Shown: in pieces, positions 14,409 to 26,916 of the stretch | Layout of the letters: each line of letters starts with the position of its first letter | Numbering within the stretch: position 1 is the first letter of the stretch | Assembly: GCA_050613775.1 (NCBI GenBank) | Contig: JBODTK010000014.1 | Coordinates: forward strand, 1,302,001 to 1,366,000 | Direction: 5' to 3' | DNA: 64,000 bases | Source: Neocallimastix sp. 'constans' | Lineage: Eukaryota | Notes under the pieces: generated by a model | The model's database searches: none | Told to the model about the DNA's origin: nothing | The model's input: the letters and a program-made list of their open reading frames with translations, nothing else | Program-made: the position numbers and the translations under genes

Positions 14409-15020
14409 TAATTTATGTGATAAAAAATTTAAATATAAAAATTAGATATTTATTATTATTTAATAATATTATTAAATATTAATTTGAACTAATTTTATTC
14501 ATTTCTTATTAAACTAGTAAGAAATGAATAATTTTTAATTTTTTTATATTTTAAGTTTATAAAAAAAAAAAAAGAAATAATATTCCTTTTTATATTTATT
14601 TTTTTTTTTTTATTATTATTACTATATATATATATATATTTTTTTTTGCCAAATGTATGATTCATTTTTAAAATATATTAAAATTTTATTTATAAATATA
14701 TAAATAATTCGTTTTTGAAATAAATTAAAAATGATTATTAATAACTTAAATAAAAAAATTTAAGAATTAAATACAAAAAATTTGTAATAGAATTTTTTAT
14801 AATAGAATTTTTTAGGAAAAATAGAATATATGTTACAATTCTATATTTCATTATTTATTATAAAAATTTTTATATTTTTATATTTATTATTTCTTTAAAA
14901 ATTATATATAATTATTTATTAATTTATCAATTATATTATTTATAATACTTCTTTCTCTCTCTTTTTTTTTATTATATTTGTTATATTTCTTTCCTTTAAA
15001 ATATATTTTTAAAAAAGAAA

Positions 15021-15463
15021 TGTTACACATGTCAAATTTTTTTTAATACAATTTTTATTAATTTAAATTTTTCAAAAAAATTTTAATTACAAATTCTTTT
15101 GAAAAATTTTTAATATCATTAGGTGTACATAACAAAATGTATTATTATTCAATTAAATTTTTATTTATTATTTATTTATTTATATGATTTCATAAAGTAT
15201 TTAAAAAAGACTCAAAATATTAATTTCATAAAAAAAAAAAATTTTCTTTTTATATTTTACATACAAATTATTACATAATCAAATATTATAAATATTTAGA
15301 ATACTTTAAATGTACAAAAGTTTAAATATTATGTTGAACTTTAACAATTATTATAATTATCCAAATTTTCTAAATAAAAATTTTTGTCATTATTATTATT
15401 ATTATTAAATTTTTCATAGTAACTATTATCACTGGAGTTATTATTTAAATTTTTAAAAATATA

Positions 15464-15501
<38 letters not shown>

Positions 15502-18500
15502 CTAATGTATTTAAGGAATTAATTATATTATTATCTAAATTATTTTTATTAAAATTAACATAGATATTTTCTTCAGAAATATTATTTAAAAGGATAATCA
15601 TTTTTATTTGTATTATTCATTTTACTTATATTTTCAACAGAATGATAATTAATATTTTCATTATTATTCAAATGAATAAATAAAGTAGTATTTTTAATTT
15701 CTTTATTAATATTTTTAGAGTCAGGAATTAATCGAGAAAGTGCATCGGCAATAACATTTTTCTTTCCTTGTTTATATTTAACTATAATTTTTAACATACT
15801 AAAAGTTATAACCCATCTAGCTTGACGAGCATTATTTGGTTCTTTATTATTAAACAAACCTACTAAAGGTTTATAATCAGTAAATAAAATAGTATCATAT
15901 TTATTACCGTTAAAATAGGGTTTATATTTTAAACTACAATAATAAGCAGCTGTGTCCTCTAAATCAGTAATACTATAATTTATTTCAGTGGGTTTTAAAG
16001 ATCTAGTAATATCATCCCAGACATATTTTTCATTTTTCTTTAGTAGCTTAAATAATGGTTGAGCAATTATAGCAAAATCTTTAATAAATTTTCTATAATA
16101 TCCAATTGCACCTAAGAAAGATCTTAATTGAGTAATATTTTTAGGTGATTCCCATTTGGATATTACATCTATCTTTTTGGGTATTGGCTTTATACCTTCT
16201 GTGGATAAAATATGACCTAGTACTTCAACTTCTTGTTTAATAAAATGGCACTTTGATAAATTAGCCTTTAGACCATTTTCTTTAATAATATCAAAAACTT
16301 TTTGAAGATCCAATATGTGTTGTTCTAAGGTATTAGAAAATATTACTAAATCATCCATATAAATGGACATACATTTACCAATTAAAGGCAAGAATATTCT
16401 GTTCATTTCACGTTGGAAAGTTGCAGGAGCATTACAAAGGTGGGTTTGTGCTCGCGTCCTCTCTAGGAAATACAAAGTCCAAATGGCATAACTTTGTAAT
16501 TGTAATTTCCATACATAGTAGTAAAGCAAGTTTTCTCTCTATTTTCTTTTTTCATAGGAATCTGATGGAAACCAGAAAATAAGTCAAGCGTAGTTAAGTA
16601 CTTAACTTTATTGCCTATAGAAAATAATATTTCTTCTATATAAGGTAAAGGATATGCGTCTTTAATAGTAATATCATTTAATTTTCTATAGTCCACTACC
16701 ATTCTCCATTTACCATTCTTTTTAGGAACAAGAATAACTGGGAATGACCATGATGATTTTGAGGGTCCTATTAATCCATTTCTTAATAATTTACTTATTT
16801 CTTCTCTTAGTATACTCATTTGCTTCTTATTTGCTACTCGATACATTCTCTGTTCAATTGGCATTCGACCACTTATGATTTTTATTTTATGACTTAATAA
16901 TTTCGATTTACCTAAATCATCAGTATCAAGTGCTAATACATTTATATTATTTAATAATAAAAATTTTAGTTTGTTTCTAATTTTTGTTGGTGCTTTAGCA
17001 GCAATTTCGTGAATAGTTATTTCCTTTGCACTTTTAAAATTCTTATCAGTATTTTCAATAGAAATATCAATATTTTTGATTACTTTGTTTTCATAATTCC
17101 TTTTATTACTAATTTCATTATTAATTTTACATTCAAATACATTCTTTAAATAATTATCATTTTTATTTATATTATCATTAATATTGCAAAAATTATTTTC
17201 ATCTTTATCATCATGATTTCCAAAGGAATTATCAATATCATTATTATCATAATTTTCTTCATATAAAAATTGAATATATTTATCTTCAGTGGTTAGTAAA
17301 TAATCAATTAGCACATCTTTATTCAATTCTTCTTCGAATTCATCTTTAATATCATCTTCCTCATTTTCTATTTCTGTCACACTTTCAAAACTTCCTATCT
17401 TTCGTATCTCATCTGTTTTTTAATATAAGGTGTGATCAGAGAAGTCCATAATAATCTTCATTCTAGCTAGCGCATCCACATCAATTAATACTTGGAAAAT
17501 ATCATCTTTTTCAACCAATCTAAAGATTTCCTTAGAAGTAATATTTCCAATTGTTATTTCTATTTCATATAATTTTGAGATGAGCGTGGTATTAGTACAT
17601 GTTTGATATAAGGTTTCTTTAATAGCAGAAATTGGTTTAAATGGAATTTTATTATTTATCATGAAGGTTTTGGTGATCATATTAATAGAAGAACAGGAAT
17701 CTAAATAAACTGTAGTTTCTACGTTTTCTACCTTACATTTTGTTTTTTACAATCTTAGCTTTCTTAATTATTGATAAGGTTGTTTCTTCGTCTTCTAAAA
17801 TTGTTGTAAACTTTAAGGCTTTAGATAATTCAGTTCTCAATTTAGGATTAATATTGAGCTACTGTCCGATGGTAATATTAGTGAATTTATTTCCGATATC
17901 GTCAACTATATTATAATTATCTTGATTTCCTGTTATTTTTAATTTTTTTTGTAATGTTTTCTTTATTGGATTTTTCTACCTTTTTTTCACTTGGAAGTTG
18001 TATTTCTTTAGCTAATTCTTTTATTTCTTTAGCTCTTTCTTTCTTGTTTCTTCTTTTTGCTTCTTCAATTGAAGGTTCATTTATAAAAGATGGATAAAGA
18101 TGATTTAACGCTTCTGTTTCTTTTTGATTTTCATTTCCTTTATTATTACTATTAGTTTCACTTTCTGGCTCCATTTCCATTTGTTCCTGATTATTTGATG
18201 GAACTTTACTTGGTTGAGGATTTTCTTTTAAACTTTTCTTAGTTGCTTTCTTATATGGTTTATTTTCATTAGTTTTTCTACTTCTTTTATTAATACTTGT
18301 AATTATTTTCAAAAATAAAATAAAATTTTTATAATATTCAATTAATAATTTTAATAATAAATTTGATAATATTTAAATAATAATTTTTATAATAATTAAT
18401 AATACTTTTTAATAATAAATTTAATTAATAATTTTAATAATTTTATAATAATATTAAATAGTTATAATAAATAAATTTTTATAATGATATTTAATTAATA

Positions 18501-20117
18501 ATTTTAATAATTTATAGTATTAATAGTTTATAATAAATTTTATAATAATATTTAATTAATAATCTTAATAATTTATAGTATCTTAAAAGTATAATTTTAA
18601 TATTTACAATAGTATTTTAATATTTTAATATACACATATATTTAATAATATAACAATAAAGTAATTAATTAAAATTGATTTAAAATTATTTACAAGTTAA
18701 AATTAATTTATATCAAAATAAATTAATTTTTATAATTAGGTTTAGGTTATCAAGAATATAGGAAAAGTACAATTTAGTAAAGAATTATTTGTAAAAGAAA
18801 TTGATTGTTTAGGTAAGATTATAGTTAAATCTTATTGAGTGGTAGGTTAGATTCTTGCTATATCTTTCCTAATTTGGGTTAAATTGGTCAGGTCAAGATG
18901 TTCTTATTAATTATAACAATTTAATTAAATTTAAATAATAAATAACACACACAGTTTTATAATTAAGATTTCAATCTTTAAAATTTATGTTTTATTAGAA
19001 CTTTATTTAATATATATTTTAATAATAAAATTAACTATGATTAATTTAAAGAATTATTATTGTTATAATTAATTCATTAACTTTATGTTAATACATTATA
19101 AATTAATAATCTTACAAAGAATTCAAAATATGGAATTCAAATCCTTTTTATACTAAACTAAAATAATAATTAACAATATAAATAATTAATACATTTTAAT
19201 ACTAATGTATTCATACATGTATATAAACTATATAAATAATTAATACATTTTAATCTTAATATATTCATACATACATGTATATAAACTATATAAAATATAA
19301 TAATAAAATAATATTGATAAGAATCTTTTAATACAATAACTATATAATTATTCAAAAAACAATTTAATACTAAAACTAATTTAATAATAAAGTAATATAT
19401 AATAAAATAAAATATTAAAACTAATTAAAAATTCTCTTTCGGAAATCTTTAGAATGATAAAGAATTCTTTAAAATCTTTTAGAAAATAATTGAATAAAAT
19501 ATATAATAATAAAATATATAAAACTTATAAAACTTATTTAAAATATTATAAAACTATTACTAATAACTAATTCTGTATTTTTAATTAATAATAAAAATTA
19601 ATAATATAATTTCCAAGTTAAAAGATTTTATCTAATATAGATTTCTTAATTAATAATTTAGGGTCTTAATTAAATAATTAAATTATTTTTTATATTTAGA
19701 ATATCTTTAAAGTCCAATATTTCGTTATCTAGTTGTCCAATAAGGTTGATTTTAACATATGTTGTAGTTCTCATCTGTAGCTTTCTAATGAATATACTTT
19801 TAGCGGGAATGTCAATATAATATTTCCATTATTTATCGTGTTGTCGTTGTTTTTCTTCAAGTTATTTTTATTAAATTCTTAAAGGTTAAAATAAATTAAA
19901 TTATCTTTAATGAGTCCAAACCCTTTGGTTTCTGATTATTTAATGTTTCTAATATTTATTTTTTATAATTAAAAATCGAATTAAAATAATTTTTGTCAAT
20001 AACTAAATTAAATTTCAATTGATCTAATAGTGAATTTTAACCTCAAATCCACTAGTATTCGTGACAAATTAATAATATTTTATAACAAAATAAATGTTAT
20101 TAATTCATTCTTTACCA
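15021..20117 (-). mobile_element. Degenerate Ty3/Gypsy LTR retrotransposon (element D); gag and most of integrase lost
   Basis: Fragmented pol: protease YLDSCSS (about 17700), RT (WRMVVDYRKLN, LDLFSGFHQI, MPFGLC/NAPATFQR, YMDD), RNase H with an internal deletion (NVIADALSR). Right terminus ...cattctttacca at 20117; the left limit and the link between this terminus and the pol fragments are uncertain. Confidence 0.8.
19061..20066 (-). mobile_element. Possible LTR-like segment nested in element D (TGTTAT...GTGACA)
   Basis: TG...CA termini with imperfect inverted repeat and a minus-strand tataaaaagg near 19145-19152; no matching TSD found. Confidence 0.35.
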
Positions 20118-20121
20118 AAAA

Positions 20122-20903
20122 TGGTATGGTTCATATAATTTTAGGAATATAATAATAATTAACACAAATAATAAAATTACAATAAAAAAATAATTTGTTT
20201 TAAAATCAATATTTATTTATTTAAATTTATAAAAGAAAAATAATAATATAATTATTTATTTAATAAAAGTAAGTTATTGATTATATTTTATTTCACTAAA
20301 AATTACATGTATTTATATTTTTTTATCAAATTAAAATTTGTAAAGCCTAACTATTTTTTTAATAAACTAATTACTAATTATTTTTATAAATAAAACATTT
20401 AAATTGAAATTGAATTATTATTTTAGTTAATAATATTATTGTTATAAATAGTAGTTATATATTATTGAATTATTAATTATTTAATAATAGTTTAATACTA
20501 ATATATATAAAATAAAAATAAAGAGATTATACAGAATATTTTATTGTGGTTTAGTTAAATTTAGTAATTAAAAATAAATTTAAATTGATAACGAAAATTT
20601 TAATAACTAATTAAATAGATTTGATTATTTTCAATATAACATAATACAAAAGAAATATAATATTAATATATTAAGTGGGCAAGGACAATATTGGCTAAAG
20701 ATTTTTAATACATTATATGGAATCGGATCGATAATTCAAAAAGGAATTATAAGTTAATTGGTGATTTATTAACTTAAGATTCCTATTTAGTAATATTTGA
20801 AGAATATTGGAAAGTTCCAATTATATAGAATAGAATAATCTATAAGGTTAGAATAATTTATATTATTCTAGCACAATTAGTATTATTTGTTCATTCTGTA
20901 TTA
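20122..20903 (-). mobile_element. Decayed solo LTR (element C), 782 bp, flanked by AAAA on both sides
   Basis: Starts TGGTAT and ends cattctGTATTA (CC>TT decay of GTACCA); shares the terminal cattct motif with neighbours B and D; AAAA at 20118-20121 and 20904-20907. Confidence 0.6.
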
Positions 20904-20907
20904 AAAA

Positions 20908-21000
20908 TGTTAAGGTTTTAGAGAATTAAATAAAAATAAAGAAACACAAATTTTATTTATTTATTTATTTATTTTATTTATTTATTTTATTAAATTTATT

Positions 21001-21053
<53 letters not shown>

Positions 21054-21292
21054 TTATTATTTTTATTTATAAATTTATTTGATTTTATTCGATGATTTTT
21101 TAAAAATTGGTAGCAAAATTTACAACTATTTATACTTTTTTTCAAGGCATAAAAGTTGTTCTTGCCACTAAATTACATTTTATTTATTTTTTTTTTTATA
21201 AAAACTATTAAATTTAAATTGAATTTTATAATCAATTATATAAAATTTAATTATAACAATATAAATAAAATACATTTATAATATTAATAAAA

Positions 21293-21326
<34 letters not shown>

Positions 21327-21813
21327 TATCTAAAATATTACTAATAAGAATTTATTTAATTGGCTATAAATTTTTATTACAATCTGTTAAAATATTCAAA
21401 TAAAAATAAAAATACTATTCTAATATAAAGGTTTTTAATAAAATAAAATATTTTTCAATATAAAATAAAACATTTCGATATAAAATTTTATAATAAAAGT
21501 TAAAATATAATATATAAATTTTTAATTATCAATATATAAAAATATTATTAATACAAATTTTCCTTATTAATATAAAAATAAAAAAAATAAGATTTATTAT
21601 TAATATTGCTAATATAAGTTTTAAATATATAAAAATATTACTATTAATATAAGATTTAATATAAAAATATAAAGTTTAATATAATTTTTGATTTAATTTT
21701 TGATCTTTGGATTTAAAAATTTATTAAAGTACAAAAATAATAATGTACACATAATGTATTAGAAATAAATCGTAGATTTAATTAAGAATGCATTATTTAG
21801 TACATTCTTATCA
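20908..21813 (-). repeat. 3' LTR of element B (906 bp; carries an extra poly-T-containing duplication near 21000-21080)
   Basis: Colinear with 28171-29017, apart from scattered substitutions and indels. Confidence 0.95.
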
Positions 21814-21831
21814 AGATGCCCCGACGAAGAC

Positions 21832-24800
21832 TCAAGCTTCTCTGTAAGCGGAGTTAAACTTTACTAAATTTTTAAAGTGAACATTCCAATCGAGTTGCTT
21901 TCCAGTCTTTTGATCGATTAGGGTTGCCGTGTTGAATTGAATTTTTAAAATTTTAAATGGTCCATTGTAATATGGTTCTAGCTTAGTGCGGCTAAAGTTT
22001 CTAACAAGAACAAGATCACCAGCCTTTAATTCTTTTCCTTTTTTCATACTTATTTGTTCTTCTCGTCTTGTTGCCCAATACTTGTTAGCATTCTTCACAT
22101 TTTCGCATGCTTCTCTAGTCCATTGATAATGACGAACAAATTTTTCCATTAAAATTTCATCATATGATTTACCTGCATTTTCAATTGTTCTTATGGCTAT
22201 ATCATAAGGCTGTTGGTCTTCTCTTCCATATACTAATTCAAAACTAGAATGTCCAGTAGCTGTATTTTTGGTAGTTCGAAGTGCCCATAAAGCAGAAGGT
22301 AAAACTTCATCCCAATCTTGATTTTTCCTTCCTAATAAACGGAGTAATTTTCCAATTTCTTTATTTCGATTTTCAGTAAGGCCATTTGATTCAGGGTGGT
22401 AAGTAGCTACAAATTTAACATATACATCATAAAGATCAAGAAAGATTTTAGTCATATCAGAAGTGAATTGGACTCCATTATCAGTAGTAATAACTTGAGG
22501 CACACCATGTCTTGCAAAAACGTTTATTAAAAATTTAATTATATCAGAGGAAGTTATGTTTTCAGTGGGTTCGGCTTCAACCCATTTGGTAAAGTAATCA
22601 ACAGTTACTATAATATATTGATTATTATTTCTTGTTTTTGGTAACGGTCCTATAATATCTAATCCTAAATGCACAAAGGGACCCTCTACTTTAGTTGGAT
22701 GGTTTTCGGTTGGTTCTGGATATGGTTGAGGACGATTTAACTGGCATTTTTCACAATTACTAACAATTCTTTTGATATCTTTAATCATATGATTCCAATA
22801 AAAGTTTTTCTTAAGTCTTTGATATGTTTTGTAATATCCTTCGTGGCCAATATTATGAGCTTCTAAAATTAATTTAAATTTTTCATTTTCATCCGTTATT
22901 AATTTTCTATAATTTCCATTGTCGATAAAGTAATCTTCACCATCAATAAAAGTAAACTTTTCATTAATAAATTCCTTTATAACTTTAGATAATAATTCTT
23001 CATTATTTCCATTAGTAATTTTTGTTAATAATATCTTTCTCTCTTCCTTACTTTTCATTCTTGAAAGAGCATCAGCTAACACATTCTTTTTGCCTGATTC
23101 ATATTTTATATTAATTCCAAGCATACTAGCGGTTAGACACCATCTTGTTTGCCTTGCATTCAAAGGTTCTTTATTCTTAAATAAACCAACTAATGGTTTA
23201 TGATCTGTGTAAATAGTTGTAGGTAATGGATTTCCTTCAATATAAGACTTAAATTTAGTCATACAGTAAAATAAAGCTGTTCCTTCCAAATCTGTGATAC
23301 CATAATTCTTTTCAGCTTTCTTCAAACTTCTACTTATAAAGTGTATTGGATGCTCCTTACCGGTTTCTTCTTCTTTTTGTAAAAGAACTCCACCAATTCT
23401 ATTATACGAAGCATCAGTTCTAATGATAAAAGGTTTGTCAAATGATGGAAATTTTAGAATAGGTGCATTGATTAATTTTTCTTTTAGGAGTTCAAAGCTT
23501 TCTTGTTGTTCTTTATTCCATTCATATTTAGTATTCTTTTTCAATAATTTACATAAAGGTGAGGTAATTTGAGCATATTTAGGAATAAAGTCACGATAAT
23601 ATCCTACTGCTCCTAGAAATGATCTTAATTCATGAAGTGATGAAGGTGCTTCCCACTTCTTAATAGCTGTTATTTTGCTTTCCATGGGGCTTAATCCTTT
23701 AGTAGTAAGTTTGTGGCCTAATACATCAACTTCAGTTTGAAGAAAATGGCACTTTTCAATATTAATTTTTAACTTGTTTTCTTTAAATACTTCTAAGACT
23801 TGTTTAATATGGACTAAATGTTCTTCAATACTTTTGGAATAGATCAAAACATCATCAATAAATACGTAAACAAATTCACCAATAAAAGGGAATAAAATTT
23901 TATTCATTTCTCTTTGGAAGGTTGAGGGAGCTCCAGTAAGTCCAAAAGGCATAACCTTAAATTGATAATTTCCAAACTTAGTAGTGAAAGTGGTTACTTC
24001 AACGCTTTCGTCATCCATTAAGATTTGGTGAAAACCAGAAAATAAATCAAGAGTTGTAAATATTTTAACTCCTCCGAGACTATCAAAAATTTCATCTATA
24101 TATGGAACTGAATAAGAATCTTTTTCTGTCATATCATTGACTTTTCGGTAGTCAATGCACAAGCGCCACTTTCCATTGTGTTTTAGAATAAGTACTACTG
24201 GAGATGACCATTCTGAACAGGATGGTTCTATCAATCCTTTCTTAATAAGTTTTGTAAGTTCTTCTTTTAAGATATCTGATTTTAATTTAGTTAACCTATA
24301 ACTTCTTAATTTTACTGGCTTTGAATTTGCTTTTAAACGGATCTTATGTGGTGAAAGTTTAGAAGGAGTTAGTTCTTCTGTTGAAGTGGCAACTATGACA
24401 ATCATTTCTTTGAGAATTTTAATAATTTGTTCTTTATAATCTTTATTTAAGGTACTTAAAAATTCATCACTCTCAATAAATTCCATTGGAGTTAATTCCT
24501 TTATAATTTCTTTTTCTTTATTCGTTTCTTTAACTTTTCTAATAGTGCAAATTATACTTTCTTCATCATAATATTGATTATTTATTTTAGCTATTTCTTC
24601 GTATTCACTTTCTGACAAAAGTTTACATAAACTGTTTAAGGTCGGATGAATAAATAAACAATGATCGATTTGAGTTTTAAAGTTTATTAACATATCATAA
24701 AATGAGTCTTCTTTCTCAATAATTCTAAAGTCCGCATTAAATTCATAATTATTAATTTTTACTGGTAATCGAACAATAATTCCTTCCGAGTATTCTTCAT

Positions 24801-25842
24801 CTTGTGTTGCTAGTTGGATTCTTCCACGACTTTTTCCAACTGTTTCATATTCACCAGGTAATTTATCAAAATACTGCTTAGTAACGATGCTTAGGTTACT
24901 ACAAGAATCAATTAAAATTTTTCCTAGTACTCCGTCAACACTTGCATCAACCATTGCTAAGTCTTCTTCGGCTACTTCATTACTTTTACTTATGTAGCTA
25001 TGATCATAGTTATTTACTAATAAAGTTCGTGCTATTACATTGTCTACAGTTCCAATTATTTTAGACTTTTCTAACTTTAAACCTTGAGTTAATTGTGAAC
25101 GAATTTTCGGACATGCATTCAAGAGTTGACCTATCGTAATACTGGATTTAAGATTATTTAAATCATCCATAATATTGTAAGGTTCTTTATTATTCATCAT
25201 TTTGATATTCCTTTTTACTAACTGAGTATTTTCATTATTAGTTTCTTTAGTTTTTGTTGAAATTAATTTTTCCAAAGTATTAGTTTTATTTTGTTGATTA
25301 TCTTTATTCATTTCTAGATCTTCTATTTCATTATCGATTACAAGTATATCTTCAGATTCAACTTTTTCCTTTCCTTTTGATGAATAATTGTTGTTTTCTT
25401 CTTTACTTTCTCTTACTCTTGTTATATTTCTTAATTCCTTTTCTTTTTGTTTTTCTTTGTTAATATTTGGTTGAGTTAAAATTGAAGGAAGTATTTGATT
25501 TTTATAAACTTTATTTGGTTTATTATGTAGCTCATTTTCTTTCTTCTTTCTTAAAGCAGGAGTTGTGAAAGGACGTGGATTATCTTTTAAACTTTTATGT
25601 ACTTTCTTGGAATTATTTTCTTCTTTTTCGCTGTTATTATCATTCATTTTTCTTTTTATAGCATTTATAATGATATCATCCTCACTTTCAGTTGTGTCAC
25701 TAAAATCAGATTCTTCAGATTCTTCATTAAAGGAATTATTATCAATTGGAGTATTCTTAGTAAAAGTATTATTTTGTAAATTATTTAATGAAGCTATTGT
25801 TTTGTCATTGGGAGTGCTTCTGCTCCCATTTAGAAGTTTAAA
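21832..25842 (-). CDS. pol: Pol polyprotein (protease, RT, RNase H, integrase), entered by -1 frameshift; first AUG at 25647
   Basis: ILIDSCS, WRLCIDYRKVN, FIDD, RTDAS, H-x3-H...CEKC zinc finger, DIIGP / TDNG / ENRN catalytic core, C-terminal GPF module and no chromodomain. The frame is open upstream from 25647 to the slippery site at 25842. Confidence 0.95.
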   Translation of the reverse strand, partial: FKLLNGSRSTPNDKTIASLNNLQNNTFTKNTPIDNNSFNEESEESDFSDTTESEDDIIINAIKRKMNDNNSEKEENNSKKVHKSLKDNPRPFTTPALRKKKENELHNKPNKVYKNQILPSILTQPNINKEKQKEKELRNITRVRESKEENNNYSSKGKEKVESEDILVIDNEIEDLEMNKDNQQNKTNTLEKLISTKTKETNNENTQLVKRNIKMMNNKEPYNIMDDLNNLKSSITIGQLLNACPKIRSQLTQGLKLEKSKIIGTVDNVIARTLLVNNYDHSYISKSNEVAEEDLAMVDASVDGVLGKILIDSCSNLSIVTKQYFDKLPGEYETVGKSRGRIQLATQDEEYSEGIIVRLPVKINNYEFNADFRIIEKEDSFYDMLINFKTQIDHCLFIHPTLNSLCKLLSESEYEEIAKINNQYYDEESIICTIRKVKETNKEKEIIKELTPMEFIESDEFLSTLNKDYKEQIIKILKEMIVIVATSTEELTPSKLSPHKIRLKANSKPVKLRSYRLTKLKSDILKEELTKLIKKGLIEPSCSEWSSPVVLILKHNGKWRLCIDYRKVNDMTEKDSYSVPYIDEIFDSLGGVKIFTTLDLFSGFHQILMDDESVEVTTFTTKFGNYQFKVMPFGLTGAPSTFQREMNKILFPFIGEFVYVFIDDVLIYSKSIEEHLVHIKQVLEVFKENKLKINIEKCHFLQTEVDVLGHKLTTKGLSPMESKITAIKKWEAPSSLHELRSFLGAVGYYRDFIPKYAQITSPLCKLLKKNTKYEWNKEQQESFELLKEKLINAPILKFPSFDKPFIIRTDASYNRIGGVLLQKEEETGKEHPIHFISRSLKKAEKNYGITDLEGTALFYCMTKFKSYIEGNPLPTTIYTDHKPLVGLFKNKEPLNARQTRWCLTASMLGINIKYESGKKNVLADALSRMKSKEERKILLTKITNGNNEELLSKVIKEFINEKFTFIDGEDYFIDNGNYRKLITDENEKFKLILEAHNIGHEGYYKTYQRLKKNFYWNHMIKDIKRIVSNCEKCQLNRPQPYPEPTENHPTKVEGPFVHLGLDIIGPLPKTRNNNQYIIVTVDYFTKWVEAEPTENITSSDIIKFLINVFARHGVPQVITTDNGVQFTSDMTKIFLDLYDVYVKFVATYHPESNGLTENRNKEIGKLLRLLGRKNQDWDEVLPSALWALRTTKNTATGHSSFELVYGREDQQPYDIAIRTIENAGKSYDEILMEKFVRHYQWTREACENVKNANKYWATRREEQISMKKGKELKAGDLVLVRNFSRTKLEPYYNGPFKILKIQFNTATLIDQKTGKQLDWNVHFKNLVKFNSAYREA
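25790..25842 (-). promoter_or_regulatory. -1 programmed ribosomal frameshift signal: U_UUA_AAC, 7-nt spacer, H-type pseudoknot
   Basis: Minus strand reads UUUAAAC UUCUAAA UGGGAG CA GAAGC A CUCCCA (14 nt) GCUUC; UUA_AAC is in the gag frame and UUU_AAA is in the pol frame. Confidence 0.88.
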
Positions 25843-26741
25843 GACTTTTTGGAATATATTTCTTTTTTATTTTTTTCCATAATCTTATTTAATTGAGGGC
25901 AATAGTATGAGTAATGACCTTCTTCCTTACAGAAGAAGCAAGTTTTAACAGATAAATTTCTCATTTTCTGGGTTGATTCTTCTATAATATCTTGAGGTTT
26001 CAGTTTATTATTTGTTTGACTTGTTTGGAAAGTTTCGTTTCTTCTTTTAGGATAAAGTCTTGAAGTAGTACTGTTTTGATTATTTTGATTATGCTGGGAA
26101 TTATTAACATTATAGGTATTAATATTATTGTTCCTTACAGAAAGTCTATCTACTTTCTCGGCAATTTTGAAAGCTTTCTCCATACTTATATCATCTTTAA
26201 GGGATAATTTCTTCCAGGCTTCATAATTATTTTGAATAGAATCAATATAATCTAGTACACCAATGCGCTTTCTTCTCTTTTTATCAAGTTTAGTGTACAA
26301 AGTTCTATATCTTACATTAAAGTCTTTAATCTTTTCGTTTCTTTTAATTCGCATTGCACGAAGTTCTTTAAGAAGTAAATTTTGGTCTTCTTTAATACCG
26401 TAAAAATTTTCAAGACTTGAAATAATTTTTCCAAGAGAAGGAAATTTAATATCATCATCAACATTTTCTTCTTCATCATCTTCTTCTTCTTCATCTGATG
26501 AATCATCACTTTCATCATCACTATCTTCTCCCAAATCTTCAATAACGCGTTGTACTTCACCAGAGCTGGTAAGTAAACAAGCATTAAATATTGTTTCTGG
26601 ATCTGTAATACCTTGTATCTTGATCCAAAGTTTTAATTCAGTAGCCCAGGACTTAATATCTAAATTGTCCTTGCTAAGTTTCACAATATCTCTTAATTCT
26701 TTTTTCAATTCTTTAAAGCTCAAAGTTGTTTCCTTGGACAT
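25830..26741 (-). CDS. gag: Gag (303 aa from MSKETT) with acidic insert and CCHC zinc knuckle
   Basis: CFFCKEEGHYSYYC knuckle; position upstream of pol within element B; first AUG at 26741 (the ORF track starts at an upstream TTG). Confidence 0.92.
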   Translation of the reverse strand: MSKETTLSFKELKKELRDIVKLSKDNLDIKSWATELKLWIKIQGITDPETIFNACLLTSSGEVQRVIEDLGEDSDDESDDSSDEEEEDDEEENVDDDIKFPSLGKIISSLENFYGIKEDQNLLLKELRAMRIKRNEKIKDFNVRYRTLYTKLDKKRRKRIGVLDYIDSIQNNYEAWKKLSLKDDISMEKAFKIAEKVDRLSVRNNNINTYNVNNSQHNQNNQNSTTSRLYPKRRNETFQTSQTNNKLKPQDIIEESTQKMRNLSVKTCFFCKEEGHYSYYCPQLNKIMEKNKKEIYSKKSLNF

Positions 26742-26916
26742 TTTGTTTAAATATTTCTTGTTGTATATTAATGAGATGATTAAATAAGAATAAATTTGGA
26801 AATACAACTTTAAAAATATAATTTAATAGGTAATTTAATATCGAATCAATTTTTAAAACAATATATTTTAGTAACTTTTGAAAATAATAATTTTATTTGC
26901 TTTCTTTAGTAGATAT

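Noticed and set aside
21832..22050. Chromodomain or env gene in element B
   Set aside because: Pol ends shortly after the GPF module and the LTR starts 18 nt after the stop, leaving no room for either.
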